DNA from: an uncultured Chloroflexia bacterium
GTDB lineage: Bacteria > Chloroflexota > Limnocylindria > Limnocylindrales > CSP1-4
DNA length: 64,000 nucleotides
Reading direction: 5' to 3'
NCBI GenBank assembly: GCA_963746845.1
Contig: CAVVCZ010000004.1
Coordinates: 576,001-640,000, forward strand
Shown one piece after another: positions 1 through 9,778 of the stretch. How positions within the stretch are numbered: the first letter of the stretch is position 1; every line of letters starts with the position of its first letter. The position numbers were made by a program, and so were the translations under genes. The notes under the pieces were generated by a model. The model was not told the DNA's origin, ran no database searches, and worked only from the letters and a program-made list of their open reading frames with translations.

Positions 1-1
1 C

Positions 2-277
2 GACGGGCGCCGGACCGTCCTTGCGCAGGGCATGAACCCGCCGACGCCGGCGACGATCACCGTCAAGCCGGGCGAGACCCTTCACACGCTCGTCGACGTG
101 ACGAACGTGTGCACCTCGCCGATCAAGGCGCCGGTCACCGTGGCCTTCGATCTCGATGCGAATGGGCTGAACGGAGCCCTCGTCGCGACGCCGACGTCGT
201 CGTCCGACACGACCGTCCCGCCGTGCAACGGGCCAGGCCAGCCGGCCAGCATCCAGATGCAGGCATGGACGCGCTGA
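2..277 (+). CDS. C-terminal part of a secreted protein, DUF4232-like (5' end outside window)
   Basis: Frame open from position 2 to TGA 277; two Cys and terminal VPPCNGPG..IQMQAW. Confidence 0.45.
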   Translation, partial: DGRRTVLAQGMNPPTPATITVKPGETLHTLVDVTNVCTSPIKAPVTVAFDLDANGLNGALVATPTSSSDTTVPPCNGPGQPASIQMQAWTR

Positions 278-1449
278 GGTGCGCTGAGGCACGTCGGTCG
301 CGTCGCGCCGGGAGGATCGCGGTCGCCCTCGTTGCGGCCGCGGCCCTTGCCGGCTGCACGACCGGAGCGGCCGGCGGAGCGATCGCACAAGCGCCCTCAC
401 CCGCCGGCCCGGCGACGCCGGGCACCGGGGCCCGCCCCGGATCGGGGGCCGCGCCGTCGGAGGCAACCCTCGAGCGGCTCATCGGCCAGCGGCTGATCGT
501 CGCGATGGACGGCCGGACCCCGAGCCCGGCGCTGCTGGACCGCATCGGCCGCGGCGAGATCGGCGGCGTGATCCTCTTCGGCCGCAACCTGACCACGAAG
601 GCGGCCCTCATGGCGCTCACGACGCAGCTCCATGACGCTGCGTCCGCGGCGGGTCAGCCCCGGCTCCTGATCGCGGTCGACCAGGAGGGCGGATCGATCA
701 AGCGGATCCCGTGGGCGCCGCCGACCCTGTCGCCGCGACAGCTCGGAGCGCTGGGATCGACGGCGACGGCACGCGCGCAGGGCGTCGCGACCGGGAAGGC
801 GCTCCATGCGCTCGGGATCGACCTGGACCTCGCGCCGGTGGCCGACGTCCCGGCGTCGACCACGTCGTTCCTGTTCCGACAGCACCGCACGTGGTCGTCC
901 TCGGCGGCACGGACGACCGCGCTGGTCATCGCCTTCGCCCAGGGTCTTCGGGCCGGCGGCGTGGTCCCGGTCCTCAAGCACTTCCCCGGGCTCGGGTTCG
1001 CGAACCAGGACACCGACCTGCGCATGGTCACGATCCGAGCGAGCCGGACCGCCCTCGGCCCCGGCCTCCAGCCGTACCGGGCCGCGGTCGCCGCGAAGCT
1101 GCCGGTCATCATGCTCTCGAACGCGACGTATCCCGCGTGGGATGCCCACGCCGCAGCCGGCTGGTCGCCGGCGATCATCACGACACTCCTTCGTGATCAG
1201 CTCGGCTTCCTTGGCCTGACGATGACGGACTCGCTCGATGGCTCCGCGGCCGCGCGCGGACTCACGGCGAGCCACCTGGCGGAGCGCGCCGCGGGTGCCG
1301 GGACGGACCTGATCCTGCTGACCGGCTCGGAAGCCTCGAGCGATCGGGCGTTCGCCTCGCTCCTCGCCGACGCCGAGGCCGGCGGGCTGCCGCTCGCAGG
1401 CCTCGAGACATCGGACCGCCGGATCGTCGCGCTCAAGCACGCGGGCTGA
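265..1449 (+). CDS. GH3 glycoside hydrolase, NagZ-like lipoprotein
   Basis: GGVILFGRN, AVDQEGG, APVADV, KHFPGLG and MTDSL motifs; lipobox LAGC; start approximate. Confidence 0.85.
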   Translation: MDALRCAEARRSRRAGRIAVALVAAAALAGCTTGAAGGAIAQAPSPAGPATPGTGARPGSGAAPSEATLERLIGQRLIVAMDGRTPSPALLDRIGRGEIGGVILFGRNLTTKAALMALTTQLHDAASAAGQPRLLIAVDQEGGSIKRIPWAPPTLSPRQLGALGSTATARAQGVATGKALHALGIDLDLAPVADVPASTTSFLFRQHRTWSSSAARTTALVIAFAQGLRAGGVVPVLKHFPGLGFANQDTDLRMVTIRASRTALGPGLQPYRAAVAAKLPVIMLSNATYPAWDAHAAAGWSPAIITTLLRDQLGFLGLTMTDSLDGSAAARGLTASHLAERAAGAGTDLILLTGSEASSDRAFASLLADAEAGGLPLAGLETSDRRIVALKHAG

Positions 1450-1480
1450 CCCGGGCGGCATGGCCCGCTAGCATGGGCTC

Positions 1481-2872
1481 GTGGGATCGCGTGAGCTGCT
1501 GCCGGGCTGGGACGCCGAAACCGACGACGGGCCGGCGACCAGCGAGGCCGCACCGGCGCCACCCGGCACCTTCGGGCTCCGGATCCTCAACGTCAGCGAG
1601 GTCGCCCGGGCGATCCGCGAGGCCGTCCGCGCCGATCCGCAGCTGGCGGACGTCTGGGTCGAGGGCGAGGTCGGTCGGGTCACCGTCAGCACGGCCGGTC
1701 ACGCGTACTTCACGCTGAAGGACGCGCGGAGCACGCTGAACTGCGTCTGGTTCAGCGAGGGCCGGGCCCGATCGGTCTTCCAGCCGCAGGCCGGGCTCCG
1801 GATCGTGGTCCACGGCCGGATCGACCTGTTCGAGCAGCAGGGCGCCGTCCAGCTCTACGTCGAGTCGATCCAGCCCGCAGGGTTCGGCGACCTGGCGATC
1901 CGGTTCGAGGCGCTCAAGGCGCGGCTGGACGCCGAGGGCCTGTTCGACCCGGCCCGCAAGCGGCCGCTCCCCGCGCGACCGACGACGATCGCGATCATCA
2001 CGAGCCCGACCGGCGTCGTCTGGCACGACATCGCGACGGTCCTCTCGCGCCGCTGGCCGATGACCCGGGTCCTCCTCGTCCCGTGCAAGGTCCAGGGCGA
2101 CGACGCGCCGGAGAGCATCGTCCGTGCATTCCGCCGTCTCGACCAATGGCTCGCGTCGCTCGATGCGGACGGCCGCACCGCCGACGCACCGGGTCTCACG
2201 ATCCTCGCCCGCGGCGGCGGCTCCCTCGAGGACCTCTGGTCGTTCAACGACGAGCGCGTCGTCCGGGCGGTCGTCGCCCATCGGTTACCGGTCGTGACCG
2301 GCGTCGGCCATGAGGTCGACGTGACGCTCGCGGACTTCGCCGCGGACGTCCGGGCCGCCACGCCGTCTGCGGCGGCGGAGCTCGTCGTCCCGGACCGCGC
2401 GGAGTGGTTGGCGTCGTTCCGTCGTGCGGGCGATCGGACGGCCGCCGCCGTCACCCGGACCCTCGAGGCCACGCGCCGCGAGCTGGCGGTCGAGCGACGG
2501 GCGCTCGACCGGCTGGACCCCCGCGCCCAGCTCGTCGCGGATCGGGAGCGAGTCGGGCTGCTGCTCGACCGCGCCGTGCGGGCCACGGACGCGGCGATCG
2601 CGCGCCGTGGCGCCGCGCTCACGACAACGGCCGGCGACGTGCCGCGGCCACTCCTGGCCCGTCTCGCGGCCGCCCGCGCAACCCTCGCCGCGAGCGCGTC
2701 GGCCCTGGCGGTCCTCGGGCCGCAGGCCACGCTGGAGCGCGGCTACGCGATCGTGCGGCGGGCCGCCGACGGCGCGATCCTCCGCCAGCCCGGCGACGCG
2801 CCGGCAGGAACGCCGCTCGCGATCCGGGTCGCCGGCGGCGAGCTGACCGCCACCACGACGGACGGATCGTGA
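1481..2872 (+). CDS. xseA: Exodeoxyribonuclease VII large subunit
   Basis: VWVEGE, GHAYFTLKD, ARGGGSLEDLW, GVGHEVD and ATPSAAAE motifs. Confidence 0.95.
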   Translation: MGSRELLPGWDAETDDGPATSEAAPAPPGTFGLRILNVSEVARAIREAVRADPQLADVWVEGEVGRVTVSTAGHAYFTLKDARSTLNCVWFSEGRARSVFQPQAGLRIVVHGRIDLFEQQGAVQLYVESIQPAGFGDLAIRFEALKARLDAEGLFDPARKRPLPARPTTIAIITSPTGVVWHDIATVLSRRWPMTRVLLVPCKVQGDDAPESIVRAFRRLDQWLASLDADGRTADAPGLTILARGGGSLEDLWSFNDERVVRAVVAHRLPVVTGVGHEVDVTLADFAADVRAATPSAAAELVVPDRAEWLASFRRAGDRTAAAVTRTLEATRRELAVERRALDRLDPRAQLVADRERVGLLLDRAVRATDAAIARRGAALTTTAGDVPRPLLARLAAARATLAASASALAVLGPQATLERGYAIVRRAADGAILRQPGDAPAGTPLAIRVAGGELTATTTDGS

Positions 2873-2994
2873 CCCTCGTCGCCTATCTCGCGCTCGTCGC
2901 CGTCCTCATCGTCGCTGCCGTGGCCGTTGGTATGCTCGTGGCACGACGCCTCGGCCCCTGGGTCGACCGCCACGAGGAGCCCGATGACGACTGA
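2869..2994 (+). CDS. 41-aa single-TM small protein
   Basis: GTGA overlap with xseA stop; hydrophobic MTLVAYLALVAVLIVAAVAVGMLV then charged tail; 3' end overlaps xseB start. Confidence 0.6.
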   Translation: MTLVAYLALVAVLIVAAVAVGMLVARRLGPWVDRHEEPDDD

Positions 2995-3262
2995 GCCCGC
3001 CAACGCCGAGCCGCTCGCCGATGTCGACCGGCTGACGTTCGACGACGCGTTCGCGGAGCTGCGGGCGGTCGTCGCGGAGCTGGAGACCGGCGGGCTGTCC
3101 CTGGAGGACACGATCGCCCGGACCGAACGAGCCGTCGCGCTCCAGCGTCACTGCGAGCGGCTCCTCGGTGAGGCGGAGCTGCGGGTCCAGCAGCTGATCA
3201 GCCGGCCCGGGGGCGGACTCGAGGTTCGCGACATCGCCCCGGACGACGCGACCGAGGCCTAG
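2984..3262 (+). CDS. xseB: Exodeoxyribonuclease VII small subunit
   Basis: TFDDAFAELRAVVAELETGGLSLED pattern; GAGGAG RBS; follows xseA. Confidence 0.9.
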   Translation: MTTEPANAEPLADVDRLTFDDAFAELRAVVAELETGGLSLEDTIARTERAVALQRHCERLLGEAELRVQQLISRPGGGLEVRDIAPDDATEA

Positions 3263-3275
3263 CGAACCGTCGCCC

Positions 3276-4628
3276 TCAGTCCGGCCGGATGTTGTGGTTG
3301 AACCGGAAGACGTTCTCCGGGTCGTACCGCCGCTTGACCGCGACGAGGCGTTCCCACCGCTCCGGCCCGTACGCCGCGCGGACCCGATCGGGCGTCTCGT
3401 CGACCGGCGAGTAGTTCATGTAGCCGCCGCCCGTCATCGACGCGGGGGCGAGCAGATCGACCACCCGCCGCGCCCAGCCGACCGCGATGGCGTCGACGTC
3501 CGGGTTCTCCCAGATGGCGATCGCGCTCGCGTTCCAGCCGGCGGTCCGCTGCCCGAACGCGGCGCCGCCCGCGGGCTCGTGGTGACCCGCCCCGGTGATC
3601 GCCTCGATCAGGACGAAACAGCTCTCCACGGCGTCCTCGCTCGCAGCCGCCTCGAGGAGAGATTCGAACAGCGGCGGGTCGAGCTCCCGGATGAAGTGGC
3701 CCTTCCAGTAGTGTCGGAGCCCGAAGGGCAAGACCCCGCTCTGGGCCTGCAGCTCGAGGTACGTCCGTGGCCCGAGGTCGTCCGACTTGACGGGCAGGTC
3801 CCGTCGGAGGGTCGCGGCGATCGTCTCGCCGTCCGTGCCATCGACGACGGCAACCAGGACAGCGATCTCGTTCTGGCCATCTTCGCCCCGGCCGACCGTG
3901 ACGAATGGTGCGCATGATGTCGGCCACCGCTCGAGGACCTCGGTGATCCGGGCGAGCGCCCCGGCGGCGGCAGAGGCGGGCCAGGAGATCGTGCCGCCGT
4001 ACATCGGGCCGATCGGGATGAGCCGATAGGTGAACCGCGTGACGATCCCGAAGTTCCCGCCGCCGCCCCGCAGCGCCCACAGGAGCTCCGGGTCTCCGCT
4101 CGGGCCCGCGATCACGACCGATCCGTCGGCCGTCACGACCTCTGCCTCGACCAGGTTGTCGCATGTGAGACCCATGATCGGCATCAGCCAGCCGATCCCG
4201 CCGCCAAGCGTCAGTCCGCCGATCCCGGTGTCGCCGAACGTGCCGCCGGTCACCCCGAGCCCGTGGTCGAAGGCTGGGGCGTCGACGTCGTTCCAGAGGG
4301 CGCCGCCGCCAGCGTGCGCGAGGCGCCGCTCCGGGTCAACGGTCACCGTCCGCATCGGGGTAAGCGACACGATGAGCGCGCCGTCCTGGAACGCGTGACC
4401 GGCGACGTTGTGCCCGCCGCCCCGGACCGCCAGCGGCAGTCCCGCGGCGCGGCCTGTCAGCACCGCGGCGACGACCTCCTCGGTCGTCGCGCACGGGACG
4501 ATGACGGCCGGCCGCCGATCCAGCAGCCCGTTGAACGACTGTCGATGGGCGTCGTATTCCGGGTGGTCCGGGTGGACCGCCCCCGGCAACGAGATCCGCG
4601 TGGACGGAATGGCCGGCTCGATCGACAT
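3276..4628 (-). CDS. FAD-binding oxidoreductase, berberine-bridge-enzyme type
   Basis: RGGGHN, GGLTLGGGIG, RGGGGNFGIVT and C-terminal KRRYDPENVF. Confidence 0.9.
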   Translation of the reverse strand: MSIEPAIPSTRISLPGAVHPDHPEYDAHRQSFNGLLDRRPAVIVPCATTEEVVAAVLTGRAAGLPLAVRGGGHNVAGHAFQDGALIVSLTPMRTVTVDPERRLAHAGGGALWNDVDAPAFDHGLGVTGGTFGDTGIGGLTLGGGIGWLMPIMGLTCDNLVEAEVVTADGSVVIAGPSGDPELLWALRGGGGNFGIVTRFTYRLIPIGPMYGGTISWPASAAAGALARITEVLERWPTSCAPFVTVGRGEDGQNEIAVLVAVVDGTDGETIAATLRRDLPVKSDDLGPRTYLELQAQSGVLPFGLRHYWKGHFIRELDPPLFESLLEAAASEDAVESCFVLIEAITGAGHHEPAGGAAFGQRTAGWNASAIAIWENPDVDAIAVGWARRVVDLLAPASMTGGGYMNYSPVDETPDRVRAAYGPERWERLVAVKRRYDPENVFRFNHNIRPD

Positions 4629-4792
4629 GAAATCCCTCCTGCCCGCACGATCCCACAGCGCCCGGTCGTCCACAACAGGCATCTAGAATGTCGGGCGCGA
4701 TCCGTCGCACGGGGCGACGCGAATCCGTCCGAAACGCGACCGTGCGCGATGATTGCCCGCGCGCCCTCTCGAGCCAGGAGCCACTGCCCCTC

Positions 4793-6883
4793 GTGACCGA
4801 TCTGCCATCGATCCTGCCGACACTCCACGGACCGGCCGACCTCCGCGCCCTGACCGCGCCCGAGCTCGACCGTCTCGCCGCCGAGATCCGCGAGACGATC
4901 ATCACCACCGTCGCCACGACCGGCGGCCATCTCGGCAGCAGCCTCGGGGTCGTCGAGCTGACGATCGCGCTGCATCGGCTGCTCGAGTCGCCGCGTGACC
5001 GGATCGTGTGGGACACCGGCCACCAGGCGTATCCGCACAAGCTCCTGACCGGCCGGTTCGAGCGGTTCGGGACGCTCCGCCAGCTCGGCGGCGTCGGCGG
5101 CTTCCCGCGCCGAAGCGAGTCGGAGCACGATGTCTTCGACGGCGGGCACGCCGGGACCGGCCTGTCGATCGGACAGGGCCTCGCCGCGGCGCGCGACCTC
5201 CGCGGCGGCTCGGAGCGGGTCGCCGTCGTCGTGGGCGACGCGGCCATCACGAGCGGACTGAGCCTCGAGGCGCTCAACGACATCGGCCAACGGAAGACCC
5301 AGCTCCTGATCGTCCTCAACGACAACGAGATGTCGATCAGCCCGACGGTCGGCGGCCTGTCGACCTACCTGAGCCAGATCAAGCTGTCCGGGACGTGGCA
5401 GTCGAGCAAGACCGCCTACGACGATCTCGTCGGCCGGATCCCCGGCGTGGGCCCCACGGTCCGCGAGCTGAGCCAGCGGCTGCGGGCATCCGTCGTGAAC
5501 TTCGCCCAGCCGGGGAGGCTGTTCGAGGACCTCGGGATCACCTACATCGGCCTCGTGCCGGGGCACGAGATCAAGGCCCTCCTGTCGACGTTCCAGCAGG
5601 CGCTGGAGCTGCGCGGGCCGGTCATCGTCCACGTTCGCACGCAGAAGGGGCACGGATTCAGCCCGGCCGAGACCGACCAGGTCGGGTTCCACGGCGCGGC
5701 GCTTCCGCCGATCACGGTCCCCGCGGCGATGAACGGCAACGGGAACGGCGTCGCCGCCGCGCATGGACCACTCGATGCCGCACCGGCGCCACCCGATCGG
5801 GTTCGGACGACCCCGACGATGCCGACCGAGTCGATGACCGACGACGCGGCACCGGCCTCGGCGGTCGTCCACCGGCCGAAGCACCCGAACTACACGGCGG
5901 TCTTCGTCAAGGAGCTGATCGAGCAGGCCAGGACGGACGAGCGCATCGTCGCGATCACCGCGGGCATGCCGACCGGCACCGGGCTCTCGACGTTCCAGGC
6001 GGCCTTCCCGAAGCGGTTCATCGACGTCGGGATCGCCGAGCAGCACTCGGTCGCGCTCGCGACGGGTCTGGCGATGGGCGGCATGCGGCCGGTCGTGGCG
6101 CTCTATTCGACCTTCCTCCAGCGCGCGTTCGACCAGACCGTCCACGACGTCTGCCAGAACGACCAGCCGGTGCTGATCGCGGTCGACCGGGCCGGTCTCG
6201 TCGGCGAGGACGGGACGAGCCACCAGGGGATGTTCACGCTGCCCGCCCAGCGGCAGCTCCCCAACCTCGTCATCGCGAGCCCGAAGGACGAGCAGGAGCT
6301 GCGCTCGCTCCTCGTGACGGCGCTCGGGCAGGATCGGCCGTTCGCGCTGCACTACCCACGCGACCCGGGCTTCGGCCTCGCCCCCGTGGAGCCCGCGGCC
6401 ATCCCGGTCGGCCGGGCCGAGCTGATGCGGGAGGGCTCGGACGTGCTGTTCGTCGGGTTCGGGCCGATCGTCGCCCGAGCCGTCGAGGCCGCGTCCGCGC
6501 TCGCGGACGACGGCTGGTCGGTCGGAGTGATCAACGCCCGGTTCGCCAAGCCGCTCGACACGGAGCTGATCCTCGAGCACGCCCGTCGGTCCCGACTGGT
6601 TGTCACGTTCGAGGAGAGCGTGGTGACCGGTGGGTTCGGGGCGGGTGTCCTCGAGGCGATCGAGACGGCCCGGCTGACCGACCATGCGCTCCGCGAGGTT
6701 CCGGTCCGGATCGTCGGCATCCCCGGCGGCGGCTTCGTGGACCACGGCTCCGTCACCGACCTCCGACGCGTGCTCCGGCTCGACGCCGCGGGTCTCGCGG
6801 CCCAGGTTCGCGAGACCGTCGCGGCCCTCGGCCTGCGGCCGACCGCGACGAGCGTCGTCGGCGCCGCACGCGCAAAGGCGTAG
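4793..6883 (+). CDS. dxs: 1-deoxy-D-xylulose-5-phosphate synthase
   Basis: GGHLGSSLG, WDTGHQAYPHK, GDAA..LNDNEMSI, DVGIAEQH and YSTFLQRAFDQ. Confidence 0.97.
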   Translation: MTDLPSILPTLHGPADLRALTAPELDRLAAEIRETIITTVATTGGHLGSSLGVVELTIALHRLLESPRDRIVWDTGHQAYPHKLLTGRFERFGTLRQLGGVGGFPRRSESEHDVFDGGHAGTGLSIGQGLAAARDLRGGSERVAVVVGDAAITSGLSLEALNDIGQRKTQLLIVLNDNEMSISPTVGGLSTYLSQIKLSGTWQSSKTAYDDLVGRIPGVGPTVRELSQRLRASVVNFAQPGRLFEDLGITYIGLVPGHEIKALLSTFQQALELRGPVIVHVRTQKGHGFSPAETDQVGFHGAALPPITVPAAMNGNGNGVAAAHGPLDAAPAPPDRVRTTPTMPTESMTDDAAPASAVVHRPKHPNYTAVFVKELIEQARTDERIVAITAGMPTGTGLSTFQAAFPKRFIDVGIAEQHSVALATGLAMGGMRPVVALYSTFLQRAFDQTVHDVCQNDQPVLIAVDRAGLVGEDGTSHQGMFTLPAQRQLPNLVIASPKDEQELRSLLVTALGQDRPFALHYPRDPGFGLAPVEPAAIPVGRAELMREGSDVLFVGFGPIVARAVEAASALADDGWSVGVINARFAKPLDTELILEHARRSRLVVTFEESVVTGGFGAGVLEAIETARLTDHALREVPVRIVGIPGGGFVDHGSVTDLRRVLRLDAAGLAAQVRETVAALGLRPTATSVVGAARAKA

Positions 6884-6972
6884 CCCTCGGACCCACCCGG
6901 TGCGCGTCGCCGCCGGGTAGGATCGCGCGCAGCGCGTCGGCGCATTGCCGTCGCAGTCGTGCGGGAGCAGAC

Positions 6973-8904
6973 GTGGCAGTGACCGGGACCGGATCCGACC
7001 GCGGGGCGACGCGCTTCGAGGCGGTCGCCACGGTCCTCGCCGCCTGGATCCTTGCGGGGATCTATCTCGTGGGCTGGGCGTTGTCCGCGGGACAGACGGA
7101 GAGCTCGACCTTCTCCCCGTATCACCTGCCGGCCTACCTCGGGCTGATCGCGCTCGCCGTGGTCGTCGCCGAGCGCCTCATCGATCGTTCGGCTCGCGGT
7201 AGGTCGCGCGACCGCGTCCGGGCGGCGTGGGCCGGCTGGGGCATCGGCGAGCGCATGGTCGTCGCCGGGACGGCGGCGATCCTCGCCTACGTCGTCCTCG
7301 ATTTCGTCTGGGTCCAGCTGGTCGGCATCGGCTCCGGCGTGGAGGGCCGGCAGGCGCCGACGCGGATCTTCCTGGTCGTCGGGCTGGGGCTGGTCGCCGC
7401 GAACTGGCTGGCAGCCGCCCCGGCGTCGGGCCGTCCGGTCGGCTGGCTCGGCGTCCTCGGGTTCACCACATTGCTCGCCCTCGGCTACTTCTGGCTTGGC
7501 GACTGGCATCCCGTGTACAGCCCGATGGCCGGCCGGGTCGACGCCCGTGGCGATCTGACCTCGGAGGTCTGGACGATGGCCGCCGACGGGAGCACCCAGA
7601 CGCGGGTCGTCGAGGCGGATGGGTTCGAGGCATCGCAGCCTGCGTGGTCGCCCGATGGGAGCCGGATCGTGTACGTCGTCTGGACGCCGCGATCCGACGG
7701 CTCGGTTGGCGCCGACCTGTGGACCGCCGCGTCCGATGGGGGCGATGCCCGGCAGCTCACGAACGACCCCGAGTGGGACTGGATCCCGGCGTGGTCTCCG
7801 GACGGCGCGTGGATCGCCTTCACGTCGCGCGAGGCCGGGACACCCGCCCAACCGACGGCGCCCGCCGTGCCCCAGGCGGGTGGCGAACCGGGCGCGATCG
7901 CGACCGAGACGCACGACTGGGCGATCTACCTGATCCGCCCCGACGGGACCGAACGGCATCGCCTGACGACCGGCGGTGAGAGCCTGGCCCCGACCTGGTC
8001 GCCGGACGGCACGAAGCTCGCGTACCACGGGGACCGTGACGGGACGGACCAGCTCTTCACCGCGAACGCCGACGGGAGCGACGAGGGCCAGGTCACCACC
8101 GATCCGACGAGCCACTGGTCGCCGGTCTGGTCGCCCGACGGTCTGCAGCTCGTGTACGTGGGCAACGCCTCCGGCAACGACGACGTCTGGCGGATCGGCG
8201 TCGACGGCACGGGCGCGACCGACCTCACCAACGCGTCGGCCGCGGACCAGGTCCCGGTCTGGTCGCCCGACGGCAAGCGGATCGCCTTCGTCTCCGACCG
8301 GACCGGTGATCCCGAGATCTGGTCGATCGCGGCGGACGGCTCCGACGCGCGGAACCTGTCGCGGAGCCCGGAGTCGAACGACGGCCGGTGGAGCGTGTCG
8401 TGGTCGAGCAACGGGACGCGTCTCGCCTACGCCCGCTCGCCGCTCGCGGGTGTCGAGAACCCACCGACGGTCCGCGAGGACCTCGGGTTCGCCGGGATCG
8501 TGTTGACGGCGCTGATCCTTGCGCTCGTGATGGTCGCCACCGAGGCGGTCGGTGGGCTGCCCCGCGGCGGGCTGACGGTCGTCCTGGGGATCGCGACCCT
8601 GATGATCGCGGCCGTGTCGGACGGCTGGCGGTTCGTGCCGGCGGCCGTCGTCGCCGGGATCATCGGAGACCTGATCGTGAGCGGCACCGCCGGGCGACGC
8701 CGGCGGATCGTCCTGGCCTCCACGGTCCCGGCGGCGTTCGTTCTCGGCTTCTTCGTGACGATCGCGCTGACCGGCGGCCTCGCCTGGAGCCCCACCCTGG
8801 CCCTTGGCGCCGTGATGGCGTCCGCCCTGATCGGCGCCGGCGTGGCGCTGCTGACGTCGCGTTTGGCGCCCGCCGCCGACGCCCGCGAGGCGCCGGGCGG
8901 CTGA
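6973..8904 (+). CDS. Multi-pass membrane protein with internal TolB/PD40 beta-propeller
   Basis: About 5 N-terminal and 5 C-terminal hydrophobic helices flanking repeated PxWSPDG motifs. Confidence 0.8.
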   Translation: MAVTGTGSDRGATRFEAVATVLAAWILAGIYLVGWALSAGQTESSTFSPYHLPAYLGLIALAVVVAERLIDRSARGRSRDRVRAAWAGWGIGERMVVAGTAAILAYVVLDFVWVQLVGIGSGVEGRQAPTRIFLVVGLGLVAANWLAAAPASGRPVGWLGVLGFTTLLALGYFWLGDWHPVYSPMAGRVDARGDLTSEVWTMAADGSTQTRVVEADGFEASQPAWSPDGSRIVYVVWTPRSDGSVGADLWTAASDGGDARQLTNDPEWDWIPAWSPDGAWIAFTSREAGTPAQPTAPAVPQAGGEPGAIATETHDWAIYLIRPDGTERHRLTTGGESLAPTWSPDGTKLAYHGDRDGTDQLFTANADGSDEGQVTTDPTSHWSPVWSPDGLQLVYVGNASGNDDVWRIGVDGTGATDLTNASAADQVPVWSPDGKRIAFVSDRTGDPEIWSIAADGSDARNLSRSPESNDGRWSVSWSSNGTRLAYARSPLAGVENPPTVREDLGFAGIVLTALILALVMVATEAVGGLPRGGLTVVLGIATLMIAAVSDGWRFVPAAVVAGIIGDLIVSGTAGRRRRIVLASTVPAAFVLGFFVTIALTGGLAWSPTLALGAVMASALIGAGVALLTSRLAPAADAREAPGG

Positions 8905-8959
8905 TCCAGACCGGCGCGTGGTGATCCGCCGCGAAGGCCGCTATGCCACGATAGGGAGG

Positions 8960-9778
8960 ATGGCCGCCACCACCGCCCGTCCGCGCCGGATCCGGCTCGA
9001 CCAGCTCCTGGTCGAGCGGGGCGTCGCGCCGTCGCGGGCACGCGCCCAGGCAATGGTGATGGCCGGCGCCGTCCGGGTCGGCGAGGGGGACGCCGGCAGG
9101 CTCGACCGGAAGGCCGGCGACCTCGTCGAGCCGGACATCCCGATCGCGGTCGTCGAACGCGATCCCTACGTCAGCCGGGGCGGCCACAAGCTCGCGGCGG
9201 CGCTCGATGCGTTCGGGATCGCGCCGGCCGGGCTGGTGTGTCTGGATGCGGGCGCCTCGACCGGCGGGTTCACGGACGTCCTGCTCCAGCGCGGCGCCGA
9301 GCGCGTCCATGCGGTGGACGTCGGCCGTGGCCAGCTCGCGGACCGGATCGCCCGCGATCCGCGCGTCGTCGTTCATGACCGCACGAACGCGCGATCGCTG
9401 ACGCCCGCGACTCTCGGCGAGCCGATCGACCTCGCGGTCGCGGACGTGTCGTTCATCTCGCTCGGGCTCGTCCTCGGGCCGATCGCGTCCACGCTCCGCC
9501 CCACGCCCCCGCCAGCGCGGATCGTCGCCCTGGTGAAGCCGCAGTTCGAGGTCGGCAAGGGCGGCACGGATCACGGCGTCGTGCGCGACCCGGCGACGCA
9601 CCGGGCGGTCCTCGAACGGGTCGCCGGGCGGGCCTCGGAGCTCGGGCTCGGGACACGCGACGTGATCGCATCGCCGATTCTCGGTCCGGAGGGCAATCGC
9701 GAGTTCCTCGTCGATCTCGCCGCCGGACCGTCGTGCGCGGACCTCGGCTCGCGGATCGCGGCGGTGACGGGCGGATGA
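8960..9778 (+). CDS. tlyA: TlyA rRNA 2'-O-methyltransferase
   Basis: S4 domain RLDQLL, YVSRGGHKL, DAGASTGGFTD, KPQFE and GPEGNREF. Confidence 0.95.
   Translation: MAATTARPRRIRLDQLLVERGVAPSRARAQAMVMAGAVRVGEGDAGRLDRKAGDLVEPDIPIAVVERDPYVSRGGHKLAAALDAFGIAPAGLVCLDAGASTGGFTDVLLQRGAERVHAVDVGRGQLADRIARDPRVVVHDRTNARSLTPATLGEPIDLAVADVSFISLGLVLGPIASTLRPTPPPARIVALVKPQFEVGKGGTDHGVVRDPATHRAVLERVAGRASELGLGTRDVIASPILGPEGNREFLVDLAAGPSCADLGSRIAAVTGG

Noticed and set aside
5008-6972. Apparent 1298-aa ORF extending the propeller gene across dxs
   Set aside because: The N-terminal 655 codons are an off-frame read of dxs; the plausible start is GTG 6973 after GGGAG
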